Shown piece by piece: positions 38,478 to 48,837 of a stretch of 64,000 bases of DNA (within the stretch, counting starts at the first letter, position 1; every line of letters starts with the position of its first letter). The notes under the pieces are model-generated. The model had not been told where the DNA came from and made no database searches. It saw nothing but the letters and a program-made list of their open reading frames with translations. The stretch is taken from contig CAZSWP010000013.1 in the NCBI GenBank assembly GCA_964610875.1, positions 1 through 64,000 of the forward strand, in the 5' to 3' direction. Source of the stretch: an uncultured archaeon. GTDB lineage: Archaea > Asgardarchaeota > Thorarchaeia > Thorarchaeales > Thorarchaeaceae. The position numbers were made by a program, and so were the translations under genes.

Positions 38478-39011
38478 TTATCTCTGTTTATCTTGTTCGC
38501 GAGCGATACGATAGGAAGATAGTCTATCATTCTGCATATTCTTGCAATGTCGGTCAGGTTCACAAAGACCCCATTCGTTCATCCTCTTGCATCGAGGAGG
38601 TAATTTTGCTTTATAGAATAGCGGAGAGACCAGATTCACTTTTGTCAGATAATCAGTAACTGTTCGAATTTGATGCTCTTTGAATGCATTCCTGATGCAT
38701 GGAGGGGCTCGTCGCACGAGTTTCCAAGTAACAAGATCAAAGAGTTTGTACCACAGCAAGCATTTTTTTGTAACATAAAGTTGGTCACATTTTCCGCATA
38801 ACTTGTTCTCAATAGCAACTGTACAAATCTCGTTATTACTCTCCTGAGAGAGACCTGCATGCTTCAGAAGATGAAACTTGACTTCTGCAAACCAAGGGGG
38901 AGTAAAAGAACCAAACTCATCAACAAACGAAGCCAATTCCTTTGCGAGAATTGAACGTGTACAATTCCAGCTCTCTTGACTGAGTTCTTTGTGGCCTTGT
39001 TCTTTGACCAT
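38478..39011 (-). CDS. Protein resembling the Fe-S domain of primase large subunit
   Basis: PPCI...PPRC...GLC...C Cys spacing. Confidence 0.5.
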   Translation of the reverse strand: MVKEQGHKELSQESWNCTRSILAKELASFVDEFGSFTPPWFAEVKFHLLKHAGLSQESNNEICTVAIENKLCGKCDQLYVTKKCLLWYKLFDLVTWKLVRRAPPCIRNAFKEHQIRTVTDYLTKVNLVSPLFYKAKLPPRCKRMNEWGLCEPDRHCKNMQNDRLSSYRIAREQDKQR

Positions 39012-39158
39012 TCTACCTCATCTTCCGTTGTGTCGAATAGCACTTAAGCACATCAGTATTGCATCCATGATGCGCGAGTCAGAACCGATAAATCTTAAAT
39101 CCAGCAGGCGGTTCAACGAACAATAGAGCATTCTTCAAGTGAAAGAGGTCTTATCCCT

Positions 39159-40169
39159 ATGCCAGGTCTGGAATCTGTGACAGAGTATTCGTTCAAGGAA
39201 GCTGTAACAGGGATAGAGCTTCGTGACATAACAAAAGATGGACGAGACAATCTTATTGCTACAACAATGGCAGGAGATATTCGACTTTTTGATTTTTCTG
39301 ACGATCCAGTACCAAAACTAGAGGAGATTGTACGAACTGAAGAGATGCCTCCCGTTGCATCATTTGCAATGGGAGATGTAACAGGGAATGGAATAGAAGA
39401 CTTTGTTGTTGGCGGAATGGACTTCGTTCTTCGTATTCTTTCATTTGAAGAAGGGAAGATTGTAGAGAAGACCAGTACACCCCTAGGATCCTTACCGACT
39501 TCCCTCATCAGTGCAAATGTACTGGGTAAGGATAATTGTGAGATTATTGTTGCAACAAATGACAAAGCATTACGATGTTATGGTTGGTATGATTCGTTTC
39601 TTGACAAACTGGCCCACAAGGTTGTGGAACAACCTGTTTTTACAATGAAGACGCTCCTTAGTGACGGTATGCCCTTTCATAGATTCATATTTGGTGATGA
39701 TTCAAACCTGATCTATCTGTATCAATATGCCGATGACAGACTACACGAACGTGATAGGGTTGAAACGAATGGCTCAGTCAGCCTCGTCACATCGGGACAT
39801 ATTACTGAGTCTCGACATGAAGAGGTCATTTCAGTAAGCGATTTTCGCCATATCTCACTCTTCGCTTTTTCCAAAAAACCAAAGCAACTACTTGCACGGA
39901 TACATGCTCCCGGTGATATAACCTCAATTCGTGTCGCAAAATTATTACAGGATGCCAGATCACCCGGACAAATATTATCATGCCAAGGAAATTCAGTCAT
40001 AGCGATTTTATCCTTTGAAGGTAGACAACTGTTCCAAGAAGCCACTCTACGAGTAGCTCCTAAAGCCATCGAGTCATTAGTCTGTTGTGGGGACATTAAT
40101 GGTGATGGAGCCTTAGAAATCATACAGTCTACTGGGAATACGGTACATCTTATTGCTGTAGATGAATAG
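39159..40169 (+). CDS. FG-GAP/VCBS-repeat beta-propeller protein
   Basis: DITKDGRDNL, GDVTGNGIEDFVVG, GDINGDGALEII. Confidence 0.75.
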   Translation: MPGLESVTEYSFKEAVTGIELRDITKDGRDNLIATTMAGDIRLFDFSDDPVPKLEEIVRTEEMPPVASFAMGDVTGNGIEDFVVGGMDFVLRILSFEEGKIVEKTSTPLGSLPTSLISANVLGKDNCEIIVATNDKALRCYGWYDSFLDKLAHKVVEQPVFTMKTLLSDGMPFHRFIFGDDSNLIYLYQYADDRLHERDRVETNGSVSLVTSGHITESRHEEVISVSDFRHISLFAFSKKPKQLLARIHAPGDITSIRVAKLLQDARSPGQILSCQGNSVIAILSFEGRQLFQEATLRVAPKAIESLVCCGDINGDGALEIIQSTGNTVHLIAVDE

Positions 40170-40177
40170 TAGATAGA

Positions 40178-40597
40178 TTAGTCTAGGTTGGGCATATACA
40201 ATTCATTAGGTTGAAGAACCTTGATGGTTTTTACAGCTGTCTTCTCCTTAATTTTAGGAACGACTTCGTTTTCAGCCCATGCTTTGACTTTGGAACGGGC
40301 TTCCTCAATGGTTTCGCCTTCTGCATTGCGATCTAACCTGATGAATAGATGATAAGGTTCTCTCTCAGTCAAGTCCTTCTTGACCATTGCCCAGAACGCC
40401 TTGGAGCCCTCAGGAATGTCGATTCGGCCTACAATCTCGGACCATACTTTTCCTTCCATTCTTTTTGATACGATTGCCAAATCTTGGAAGACAGATACTT
40501 CTTTCAATGCTGAAAGGACAAGTTCGCCGATTTTCATTACATCTGAAATCTCTTCGAACTCTGCAGTTAGATAGTGGTCCGCTCTGAAGATAGCCAT
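40178..40597 (-). CDS. Hypothetical protein
   Basis: 139-aa ORF with SD GGAG. Confidence 0.7.
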   Translation of the reverse strand: MAIFRADHYLTAEFEEISDVMKIGELVLSALKEVSVFQDLAIVSKRMEGKVWSEIVGRIDIPEGSKAFWAMVKKDLTEREPYHLFIRLDRNAEGETIEEARSKVKAWAENEVVPKIKEKTAVKTIKVLQPNELYMPNLD

Positions 40598-40662
40598 TTT
40601 TCTTACTCCATAGAATGATTGAGGGCGGCCAGATTGATTTGCCTCTTAAGTATAATGGTGTA

Positions 40663-41304
40663 TCAAGGTTCCTCATCTTGTATTGTAACATTGGTTTCAA
40701 TCTCTTTGCAGTAATGCCAGAATCTGTAACCAGCAGTGAGAACACCAATAATTGTCACAACAACAAGTCCCCACAGTGTCCACCAAAAAAGAGAGAACAC
40801 AACTAAGATGAAAAGACGTTCAGACCTTGCTCCAAGCCCTATATCCAAATCTTGCACATTTTGATTGGCCGCAATTGCACGTGTATAACTTGTTAAAATC
40901 CATCCAGTGTAACAAATCAAAGACCATATTGGAACAGGTAATGTGAGTAATGAGATTGAAGAATAAGCTACCGCTATAGAGAGTAGGAGTAGTGCTTCTG
41001 ATACTTTGTCTACAAACGAGTCGGTGAACGCTCCTTGGAGAGTCTGTTTCCCACTCAATCTAGCAACTGCACCATCAACACCATCAAACAGACCGACTAA
41101 GAATACAAAGAAACCAAATACTGGTTCAATTCCACTTATAGTCAGAGAAAGGAATGCGATAAGTGCGAATAAGAGTGTAGTATATGTGACTGTGTTTGGG
41201 GAAATTCCCATTTTACTCAGGGGACGGGCAATTGTAAGTACTATTCCCTTGAATATCCTGCGCAATCTAAACCTACTTGGAGACACTATCATCACTGCTC
41301 CCAT
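40663..41304 (-). CDS. CDP-alcohol phosphatidyltransferase
   Basis: SPNTVT, DGVDGAVAR...GAFTDSFVDK. Confidence 0.92.
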   Translation of the reverse strand: MGAVMIVSPSRFRLRRIFKGIVLTIARPLSKMGISPNTVTYTTLLFALIAFLSLTISGIEPVFGFFVFLVGLFDGVDGAVARLSGKQTLQGAFTDSFVDKVSEALLLLSIAVAYSSISLLTLPVPIWSLICYTGWILTSYTRAIAANQNVQDLDIGLGARSERLFILVVFSLFWWTLWGLVVVTIIGVLTAGYRFWHYCKEIETNVTIQDEEP

Positions 41305-42301
41305 ATACTATTCCATCATATACAACCACATTAGATAGGCTAACACCTTTAGCTAACCTTGTTTCTCCAACGACTATTGCTTCGCTTATTTTACATTGTT
41401 CAGAAATAATACTCCCTGATAAAACTGATACATTTGGACCTAGGCATGCTTCCTGATGTATTTTGACACCCTTTTTCACTAGTACAGGCCCTATGAGGTT
41501 GACACCAGACTGGATAATTGTGCCGCCCTCAAAGACAATTGTTTCTCCAAATTCTATTTGATCTCCTTCTGGTATCAATAGACTCCAGTCACGTGCATAT
41601 CTAGTGTCAATTAGATAGCGATTTGCTTCTATCAAATCATGTAACGAATCGATATCAGTCCAATAGTCATTGATGATGATGGGTTTCACCCTTTCACCTT
41701 GTAGGATGACATCATTCAATACATCCACAATACGACTGATTCCTTTACGCAAAGCAATTTTGCATTCTTCTAAGAAAGAGTTGTTTATCACCAATACCAT
41801 TGCTGATGATCCATGTGGATTCGTTACATCTTGACCTTTACCTATAGATTCGATGCATCCTTGATCATCTATGACCACTGGTGCACCAACATTGGGTCTT
41901 GAGTCTACAGCGAGATATGCTATTGCATCATCCAGATGAATTGCTTCTACTAGTGAATTGATGATATTGATGTCAATAAGGTTGTCAACTGGGCATATTA
42001 TGAACCAGTTGTTATCTAGACACTCTGCTGTACTGACAAGTGTCTGTAACGGGCCGATATTGTAATTTTCTACGTACACGGTTCTGATGGCTTTCTCATC
42101 CCATTCCCTCAGGTGGTTCTCAAGCTTATTTCCTAACCATCCGAGTCCAACAGATACCTCCAAGAACCCATTATCGGTCAATGTTCTCAATAGATGGATA
42201 ATAAGACTTGAATCACCGCACGGCAGCATTCCTTTTGGTAATAATTGATTTATATGACCCAACCGATTACCTTTTCCGGCGGCAAGGATTATAGTATGGA
42301 T
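41273..42301 (-). CDS. Sugar-phosphate nucleotidyltransferase with C-terminal left-handed beta-helix; probable ATC start
   Basis: Conserved IILAAGKGNRL...PK lies in frame upstream of the ORF-track start; WTDID. Confidence 0.85.
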   Translation of the reverse strand: MHTIILAAGKGNRLGHINQLLPKGMLPCGDSSLIIHLLRTLTDNGFLEVSVGLGWLGNKLENHLREWDEKAIRTVYVENYNIGPLQTLVSTAECLDNNWFIICPVDNLIDINIINSLVEAIHLDDAIAYLAVDSRPNVGAPVVIDDQGCIESIGKGQDVTNPHGSSAMVLVINNSFLEECKIALRKGISRIVDVLNDVILQGERVKPIIINDYWTDIDSLHDLIEANRYLIDTRYARDWSLLIPEGDQIEFGETIVFEGGTIIQSGVNLIGPVLVKKGVKIHQEACLGPNVSVLSGSIISEQCKISEAIVVGETRLAKGVSLSNVVVYDGIVYGSSDDSVSK

Positions 42302-42378
42302 GTGAACACCTCAATAGTACATCTATCTAAAAGGTTCATATGTCTGTTTGCAAGGATAACAATTGTGGTTGTGGTTAA

Positions 42379-43080
42379 GTGACAACTAGAACGATTAGGT
42401 TTGAGGAGCCAGAGGACCTTGATTCACTAGTCAAGGAAACAGTGGATTTACTCCGTGAAGGAGGGCTTGTCGTTTATCCAACTGATACCAGCTATGGTTT
42501 AGCGTGTGACCCAATGCAGGAACACGCATTGGAGCGACTTTTCGAAGCAAAGAAACGTAGTAAAGATCTGGGTGTGCCATTAATATTTTCAGATCTTGCA
42601 CAATGTGAGGCGTTTCACGAGTTTAGTGAACTTGAAAAAATACTCGCACGTCTCTTCTGGCCGGGGGCGTTGACTCTTGTTGTCACTGCTCGTGAATCAG
42701 TAGCCGTTCATCTAACTGGAGGCAGAAACTCAATTGCTATACGTGTTCCAGACCATCCCATTCCTAGAAATATTGCAAAAGAACTGGGTACTCCTATAGT
42801 TGGGACAAGTGCAAACATAACAGGAGGACCAAGTCCTTTTGATATTTCCACTGCGATGGCACAACTATCTGATGATGTTGATCTATACATAGATGCAGGA
42901 CCTTCAAATATTACAAATAATTCAACTATTATAGGCGTAGAAGAGGAAAATGGTGAAACATCTAACATCAAAGTGTATCGAGAAGGAGCATTATCTATTA
43001 ACCGACTCACAGAAAGTCTAAGAGTAGATTCAGATGCACTCAGATTCTGGACGAATCGTGTCGTATACGCAGATATGTGA
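42379..43080 (+). CDS. sua5: Threonylcarbamoyl-AMP synthase Sua5/TsaC
   Basis: VYPTDTSYGL, FWPGALT, TSANITG. Confidence 0.93.
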   Translation: MTTRTIRFEEPEDLDSLVKETVDLLREGGLVVYPTDTSYGLACDPMQEHALERLFEAKKRSKDLGVPLIFSDLAQCEAFHEFSELEKILARLFWPGALTLVVTARESVAVHLTGGRNSIAIRVPDHPIPRNIAKELGTPIVGTSANITGGPSPFDISTAMAQLSDDVDLYIDAGPSNITNNSTIIGVEEENGETSNIKVYREGALSINRLTESLRVDSDALRFWTNRVVYADM

Positions 43081-43625
43081 GGCGATTATTTCTGAAGGAT
43101 TTTAATTTGATAGTTTCATGCCCAAGAGAGCGTGAGCGAGGAGCCCTTTCAGAGATTAGATACTTTATCGGCGATCTCTTAGAAGACCAAGACCTGAGAA
43201 TCATGATGACACACGTTTCTGGATTGATAGTCTGTAAGACGAGTCTAGATCCATTTGATGTAGTAGAAAAATTGAGAGAGTTTGCTATTGAAAACCCATA
43301 TCAATTCAGATTTGCAATTAAATTCACTCCAATAATACAATCAGTTAGGTCATCTATTGATGAGATAGCCAAAGTTGCCTTAGAGATTGCAAAGAGAATT
43401 GATGACAAGGAAACGTTCCGTGTTACGGTACGACGGCGACACACCGACTTGGATCATATGGATATTATTAGTGCGGTGGCAAAAGATATCGATAACGAGG
43501 TGAACTTAGACAATCCTGATAAGACCATATTGATTGAAGTGATAGGGGAGAGCACAGGAGTCACATTGCTTGACTCAGATGATGATATACTTTCCATAAT
43601 GTCTATGAGAGATGATATGTACTAG
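43077..43625 (+). CDS. THUMP-domain protein
   Basis: ETFRVTVRRR, VNLDNPDKTILIEV. Confidence 0.85.
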   Translation: MRRLFLKDFNLIVSCPRERERGALSEIRYFIGDLLEDQDLRIMMTHVSGLIVCKTSLDPFDVVEKLREFAIENPYQFRFAIKFTPIIQSVRSSIDEIAKVALEIAKRIDDKETFRVTVRRRHTDLDHMDIISAVAKDIDNEVNLDNPDKTILIEVIGESTGVTLLDSDDDILSIMSMRDDMY

Positions 43626-44203
43626 GTTTCTAAAGCAACCAAGGATACTCTTTCAGCAACACACTTTGATAGAGCTGCCTGAATTGACTCAATATCCTTT
43701 GATTTTGTCATTGTTTCAATTTCAAGATTATTGATAACGAAGTGTTGTTTTATTGCCTCTATTCGTTCTTTTGATGGATGAATGAATTCACTTGATTCCG
43801 TACCGATTAATCTAGACATTGATTTGATACATTCTTTGACTGTTTTCTTATGCTTGTCAATCACTACAATAGCAACACGTTCGTTATCATCCGTTACACC
43901 AATGCTATCAAGAGCTTTCGCAATCTGACGCTGACCTGACGCATAGAGACCTATCTCTAAGCTCAAGGACCTAGATATTGCATACCCTCCAAGCCATGCA
44001 TTCAGAGCGTTTTGAGCAGCACAGATTAAGTGATGAGTATCAACGATTAAGATAGGGTTCATTAGTTGAATTGCAGATACCTGTTCTTCAAAAGAAGCAA
44101 CTGCCGACAATAATTCGTCTTTGGTCAATCTCATCTCATTCGATAGAAGAGATACACCTGTAAAGTATGCCACATCTTTGTAGGAGATACTCTCCAATCT
44201 CAC
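43622..44203 (-). CDS. cgi121: KEOPS subunit Cgi121
   Basis: SRSLSLEIGLYASGQRQIAKALDSIGV. Confidence 0.88.
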   Translation of the reverse strand: MRLESISYKDVAYFTGVSLLSNEMRLTKDELLSAVASFEEQVSAIQLMNPILIVDTHHLICAAQNALNAWLGGYAISRSLSLEIGLYASGQRQIAKALDSIGVTDDNERVAIVVIDKHKKTVKECIKSMSRLIGTESSEFIHPSKERIEAIKQHFVINNLEIETMTKSKDIESIQAALSKCVAERVSLVALET

Positions 44204-44227
44204 TTCTTCACCACATCCAGTTTTGAT

Positions 44228-44809
44228 TCATAGTCGTTTTAAGAAATAATCTGCAACGGTGGGATCAAATCCGACTTCGAAGACCAATTTCTTTCTCAAA
44301 CTCTTGATATCCATACAGGGATCTTCTTCTTTGAATTTCTTCACTAGAGCAATTATGGACTCCCTATTTTCCCATGGGTATACAGTCCAGCTGTCAACTA
44401 ATTTCATGTAGAAATCGGGAACTATTTTCGAAGATGGCTTTAGATGGAGTACTGCGCTTTTAACATTGGTTGCCCCAAGCCTCTTTATGTAGTCTAATGC
44501 ATGACAGAGACTCTCTCCCGTGTCAGCAACTTCATCAACCAATAGAATGTTTTTCTCTTCGATTGGAATGGCAAGCGGTTGTGTAATCTTTGGCTCTCTA
44601 CCATGAGTGCCAAGATCTGTGTAGTATTCTATCCTGACATTGAACATAGCATTTGCATAGAGAACATCGGATAGAATTCGTGCAGGAATCCACCCCCCTC
44701 GAGCTATTCCTACAATTAAATCAGGTTTGAAACCACTATCCACAATACGTTCGGATAGACGTAATGTAAGATTGTATACATCCTGCCAACTTAGAATCAA
44801 ATACTTCAT
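44228..44809 (-). CDS. Type I phosphoribosyltransferase (purine PRTase-like)
   Basis: IVGIARGGWIPA, LLVDEVADTGES. Confidence 0.9.
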   Translation of the reverse strand: MKYLILSWQDVYNLTLRLSERIVDSGFKPDLIVGIARGGWIPARILSDVLYANAMFNVRIEYYTDLGTHGREPKITQPLAIPIEEKNILLVDEVADTGESLCHALDYIKRLGATNVKSAVLHLKPSSKIVPDFYMKLVDSWTVYPWENRESIIALVKKFKEEDPCMDIKSLRKKLVFEVGFDPTVADYFLKRL

Positions 44810-44920
44810 GTAATGATACGACCCGTCCGCTTTGATATTTAAGAAAATCACTTCTTAATTAATGCCTCTACTCAACACAAGCTTAATTGGAGGAATGGTA
44901 TCAGAACTGCTGTGGTCAAC

Positions 44921-46186
44921 ATGAAACCCGATATTCTTCTTACCAATATTGGCCAATTAGCAACACTTGAAGGAAATAGATCTCAGCCAAAGAGAGGTAG
45001 TGATATGATGGAGCTGTCCATTATTAAAAATGGTGCTATTGCAATTAAGGATGGGCTCATCAAAGCAGTAGGGACGGCTGAAGAGGTTAAGGCTGAAATC
45101 ACTGCTGAACCAGGTTTTCCAGAGATTGAATTACAAGGAATGCTGACATTACCAGGTTTTATAGACAGTCATACCCATCTTGTCTTTGCGGGTTCTCGTG
45201 AGAATGATTTCTCAATGAAATTAGCAGGTAAGAGCTATTTGGAGATACTTGAATCGGGTGGCGGAATTCTGAATACACTACGAGCAACACGTGCAGCTTC
45301 GCGAGAAGAGCTATACAGGAATGCTTTCTCATTCGCTGAGAGAATGATAGCTGAAGGGACAACAACAATTGAAGTAAAGAGTGGATATGGACTAAATACT
45401 GAAACAGAAATGAAGATGTTGCAAGCTGCTGATGACCTTAGAGAGAAGGTCCCAGCCAATATCACATCCACATTTCTTGGTGCACATGCAGTTCCACCTG
45501 AATACAAGGGACGTACTGACGACTATGTTGAGATTGTAGTGAATGAAATGATCCCTGCAATCGCTGAATCGCAGTTAGCTATCTTCTGTGATGTGTTTTG
45601 CGAGGAAGGTGTTTTTGATGTTGAGCAATCTCGAAGAATTCTAAAAGCTGCCGGAGAACATGGAATGAAGCTGAAGGTTCACGCAGATGAGATTGTACAA
45701 CTAGGAGGAGCTGAACTAGCAGCAGAATTGGAAGCGGTTTCAGCTGACCACTTGCTCATGGCTTCAGATGATGGTTTAGAAGCAATGAATAAATCAGGTA
45801 CAATTGCGACCCTTCTTCCAGCAACAGCATTCAGCCTCAATACAGATTATGCAAGGGCTCGTGATATGATCGAGATGGGGCTTCCCGTTGCATTAGCAAC
45901 AGATTTCAATCCAAATTGTGCAAATGAGTCGATGTTCTTCACATTTGCTCTATCCTGCTACAAAATGAAAATGCACCCCCGAGAGGTGATTTCAGCGGCA
46001 ACCATTAATGCAGCACATGCATTGGAATTGAGCGATGTAATTGGCTCAATAGAGGTTGGAAAAAGAGCAGATATTGTTGTACTGGAGTGTCCAAACCCAG
46101 AATTTCTAGCATATCGATTTGGAATGAATTTGATTCATACTGTAATTGCAAATGGAGAAGTAGTACATACACGTCTAGGTCCTTGA
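44921..46186 (+). CDS. hutI: Imidazolonepropionase
   Basis: PGFIDSHTHLVFAG, EVKSGYGL, FLGAH, SADHL, ATDFNP. Confidence 0.95.
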   Translation: MKPDILLTNIGQLATLEGNRSQPKRGSDMMELSIIKNGAIAIKDGLIKAVGTAEEVKAEITAEPGFPEIELQGMLTLPGFIDSHTHLVFAGSRENDFSMKLAGKSYLEILESGGGILNTLRATRAASREELYRNAFSFAERMIAEGTTTIEVKSGYGLNTETEMKMLQAADDLREKVPANITSTFLGAHAVPPEYKGRTDDYVEIVVNEMIPAIAESQLAIFCDVFCEEGVFDVEQSRRILKAAGEHGMKLKVHADEIVQLGGAELAAELEAVSADHLLMASDDGLEAMNKSGTIATLLPATAFSLNTDYARARDMIEMGLPVALATDFNPNCANESMFFTFALSCYKMKMHPREVISAATINAAHALELSDVIGSIEVGKRADIVVLECPNPEFLAYRFGMNLIHTVIANGEVVHTRLGP

Positions 46187-46195
46187 TAGTGGAGA

Positions 46196-46624
46196 TTAAT
46201 TGGACTTTTGATACTTGTGAAACTGTTCTAACCACTTTGGGTCTTCAGGATATTGTTTTACCCAATTTACAAACTCAGTTATCTTCTCCACGGTTTCAGG
46301 TCTTATTATATGTTCAATCTCGCAAGCATCCTCATCAGCTATCACAGAATCAACACCAATCATCACTAGGAACCATCTAAGAGATTCATGCGTCCTTTCC
46401 AAATTCTCAGCCATTTTCATCCCTTTTGGAGTAAGACTCACACTGCGATATCTCTTGTAATTGATCAAATCTAGAGCTTTGAGTTTTCTGAGGACATATG
46501 TGACACTTGGTGATTTCACTCCTCTTTCTTCAGCAATATCAGTGACACTGGCTGCACCCCATTTTTGCTGAAGCATGTAGATAATCTCAAGATATTGCTC
46601 CATTGATTTTGTTAGTTCTACCAT
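46196..46624 (-). CDS. DtxR/MntR metal-dependent regulator
   Basis: EQYLEIIY, LTPKG, DACEIEH. Confidence 0.9.
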   Translation of the reverse strand: MVELTKSMEQYLEIIYMLQQKWGAASVTDIAEERGVKSPSVTYVLRKLKALDLINYKRYRSVSLTPKGMKMAENLERTHESLRWFLVMIGVDSVIADEDACEIEHIIRPETVEKITEFVNWVKQYPEDPKWLEQFHKYQKSN

Positions 46625-46715
46625 AGAATCAAGACCTGAATCTATAATTCTTAGACGCCTCTAAGATATATAGAATTGATGTGGTTTCTACATAAAGTTT
46701 CAGTAGTAGCAAGAA

Positions 46716-48245
46716 TCATTCTTCTATCAAAGAAATGGTGGCATTTTCTATAGAACCAACAATTTCACCAGCATCCATTAGTGAAACCACGGAAATGATG
46801 TCATCATGTAAGATTCTATCTCTCTCAAGCTTGGGTACCTCAAGTCGGATTTCTTTCAAGGCATCTGCGATGGCCAATGAGGGCTTCAGTGGTGCTAATA
46901 GATCAATCCCCTGTGCAGCACACAAGTATTCTATTGCAATGACATGTTGTACATTCTTGAAAATTGTTCTTGCTTTTCTTGCAGCAATAGTTCCCATACT
47001 TACGTGGTCTTCTTGATCTGCGCTAGTGGGAATTGAATCAACACTTGCAGGATGTGCGAGAATTTTATTCTCCGAAACAAGAGCTGCAGCAGTATACTGG
47101 GCAATCATCATTCCGGATTCCAGACCACTATTCTGAGTCAGAAATGCTGGAAGACCACTCAGATGAGGATTGACTAGGCGATTTATTCTTCTCTCCGAGA
47201 TATTAGCAATCTCACATAGTGCAATTCCTAAGAAATCCATCACTAGAGCGACGGGTTGACCATGAAAATTGCCGCCGGATATAATATCACCGTTATCAAA
47301 CACCAAAGGATTGTCTGTTGCAGAATTTATCTCTGTTTCAAGAACACTTCGAATATAGCGTATAGTATCAAGTGATGCACCTAACACTTGCGGAATACAA
47401 CGTACTGAATATGCATCCTGAACTTTCCCACAGTCAGCATGACTCCTGTTAATCTCGCTGTCTGAGAGTATCTCCCTTAATGCTTCGGCAACATGAATCT
47501 GTCCTTCATGTGGACGGACATCATGGATACGAAAATCATACGCAGTTCGTGTCCCACGTAGGGCTTCAACACTCATTGAACTAGCGATTATTGCATCACG
47601 TATGAGTTGTAATGAATCATAAACTAAAAGGCAACCGATGGCAGTCATTGGTTGTGTGCCATTAATTAGAGCAACACCTTCTTTTGCCTTTAATTTTACT
47701 GGTTTCACTCCTGCTTCCTTTAGAGCATCAATGCCTTTCAGGCTTTGATTATTATAGAAAGCTTCTCCTTCTCCAATCAAAACCAGTACCATATGAGCTA
47801 ATGGAGCTAGGTCGCCACTTGAACCAACAGACCCTTGTTCAGGAACTAAAGGTATGATGCCCGCATTAAGCATGTCTAATAGGGTTTCTACAGTACTGAT
47901 GCGAATACCAGAGAAACCTTTTGCTAATGCATTTGCTCTAAGTAGCATCATCGTTCGAACAACATCAGAGGGTAATGGATTGCCAACACCTACACTATGA
48001 CTGCGAATCAGGTTTAATTGCAAAGTTGCTAGGTCTTTGTTACTAATAGTAGTGCTTGCCAGCTCTCCAAATCCAGTATTCACCCCATAAACCACGCGAC
48101 CTGCCTCTAGAGCATTCTCAACCACCATGCGACTAGCACGCATATTTGACTTAGCTTCATCAGATAGTTGTACTTCCTCATGATTTCGTGCCACTGTAAC
48201 TATCTCTTCAATTGTGAGAGAATTGCCATCTATTTCAACAACCAT
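46716..48245 (-). CDS. hutH: Histidine ammonia-lyase
   Basis: YGVNTGFG, GSVGSSGDLAPL, QDAYSVRC, SGGNFHGQP, QEDHVSMG. Confidence 0.95.
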   Translation of the reverse strand: MVVEIDGNSLTIEEIVTVARNHEEVQLSDEAKSNMRASRMVVENALEAGRVVYGVNTGFGELASTTISNKDLATLQLNLIRSHSVGVGNPLPSDVVRTMMLLRANALAKGFSGIRISTVETLLDMLNAGIIPLVPEQGSVGSSGDLAPLAHMVLVLIGEGEAFYNNQSLKGIDALKEAGVKPVKLKAKEGVALINGTQPMTAIGCLLVYDSLQLIRDAIIASSMSVEALRGTRTAYDFRIHDVRPHEGQIHVAEALREILSDSEINRSHADCGKVQDAYSVRCIPQVLGASLDTIRYIRSVLETEINSATDNPLVFDNGDIISGGNFHGQPVALVMDFLGIALCEIANISERRINRLVNPHLSGLPAFLTQNSGLESGMMIAQYTAAALVSENKILAHPASVDSIPTSADQEDHVSMGTIAARKARTIFKNVQHVIAIEYLCAAQGIDLLAPLKPSLAIADALKEIRLEVPKLERDRILHDDIISVVSLMDAGEIVGSIENATISLIEE

Positions 48246-48403
48246 GGATTAAACCTCGTGTCTAGGGATGTACAGAATAACCACACATCTCACAACAAAC
48301 TGCATTTACAATAAGCATGCTTTAGAAACTATCGTTACAAGTCACTATGTGAAAAAGAGTGTAAATAGAAAAATGAAAAGAGCTCCTGAAATAGTTAAAC
48401 TTT

Positions 48404-48805
48404 CTAGCAAGGAGGTACTAGACATTCAAAGAGCTCATCTGAAGGATCTTTATCTATGTCGTGATATGCAGCCCAAAGGCCATCTTGACCCACTAATTCG
48501 AGCTTGAATCCTTTATCATTTAGTGTCCTTAGATATTCAAGGTGGACAATTATACCATCAAGAATTGATCTGGAAGTAACTCCATTGAATCTCTTCTCAT
48601 AATCAGTATCTAATTCAAGAATGGGAGGTGTTATTTCCACGACACGTCGTTTGGGTTCATCTCTGCTTCTAGAGAGAAGTATTTGAACTCAGTCAGTCTG
48701 ATGGAATATTTCGATGGACTCACCAGTTTCATCATATTCAAGCTCATCAGGCGGTTGGTTGAAGATATCTAACAATTTCATTTTCAACAGAGATGAGCTC
48801 GTCAT
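48404..48805 (-). pseudogene. Hypothetical gene interrupted by a single in-frame TGA (48691-48689)
   Basis: ATG 48805 is in frame with ORF 48404-48640: ...IFHQTD*VQILLSR... Confidence 0.6.
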
Positions 48806-48837
48806 TATAGCACTTTCCAATTTCTAATCTTTCCCAA

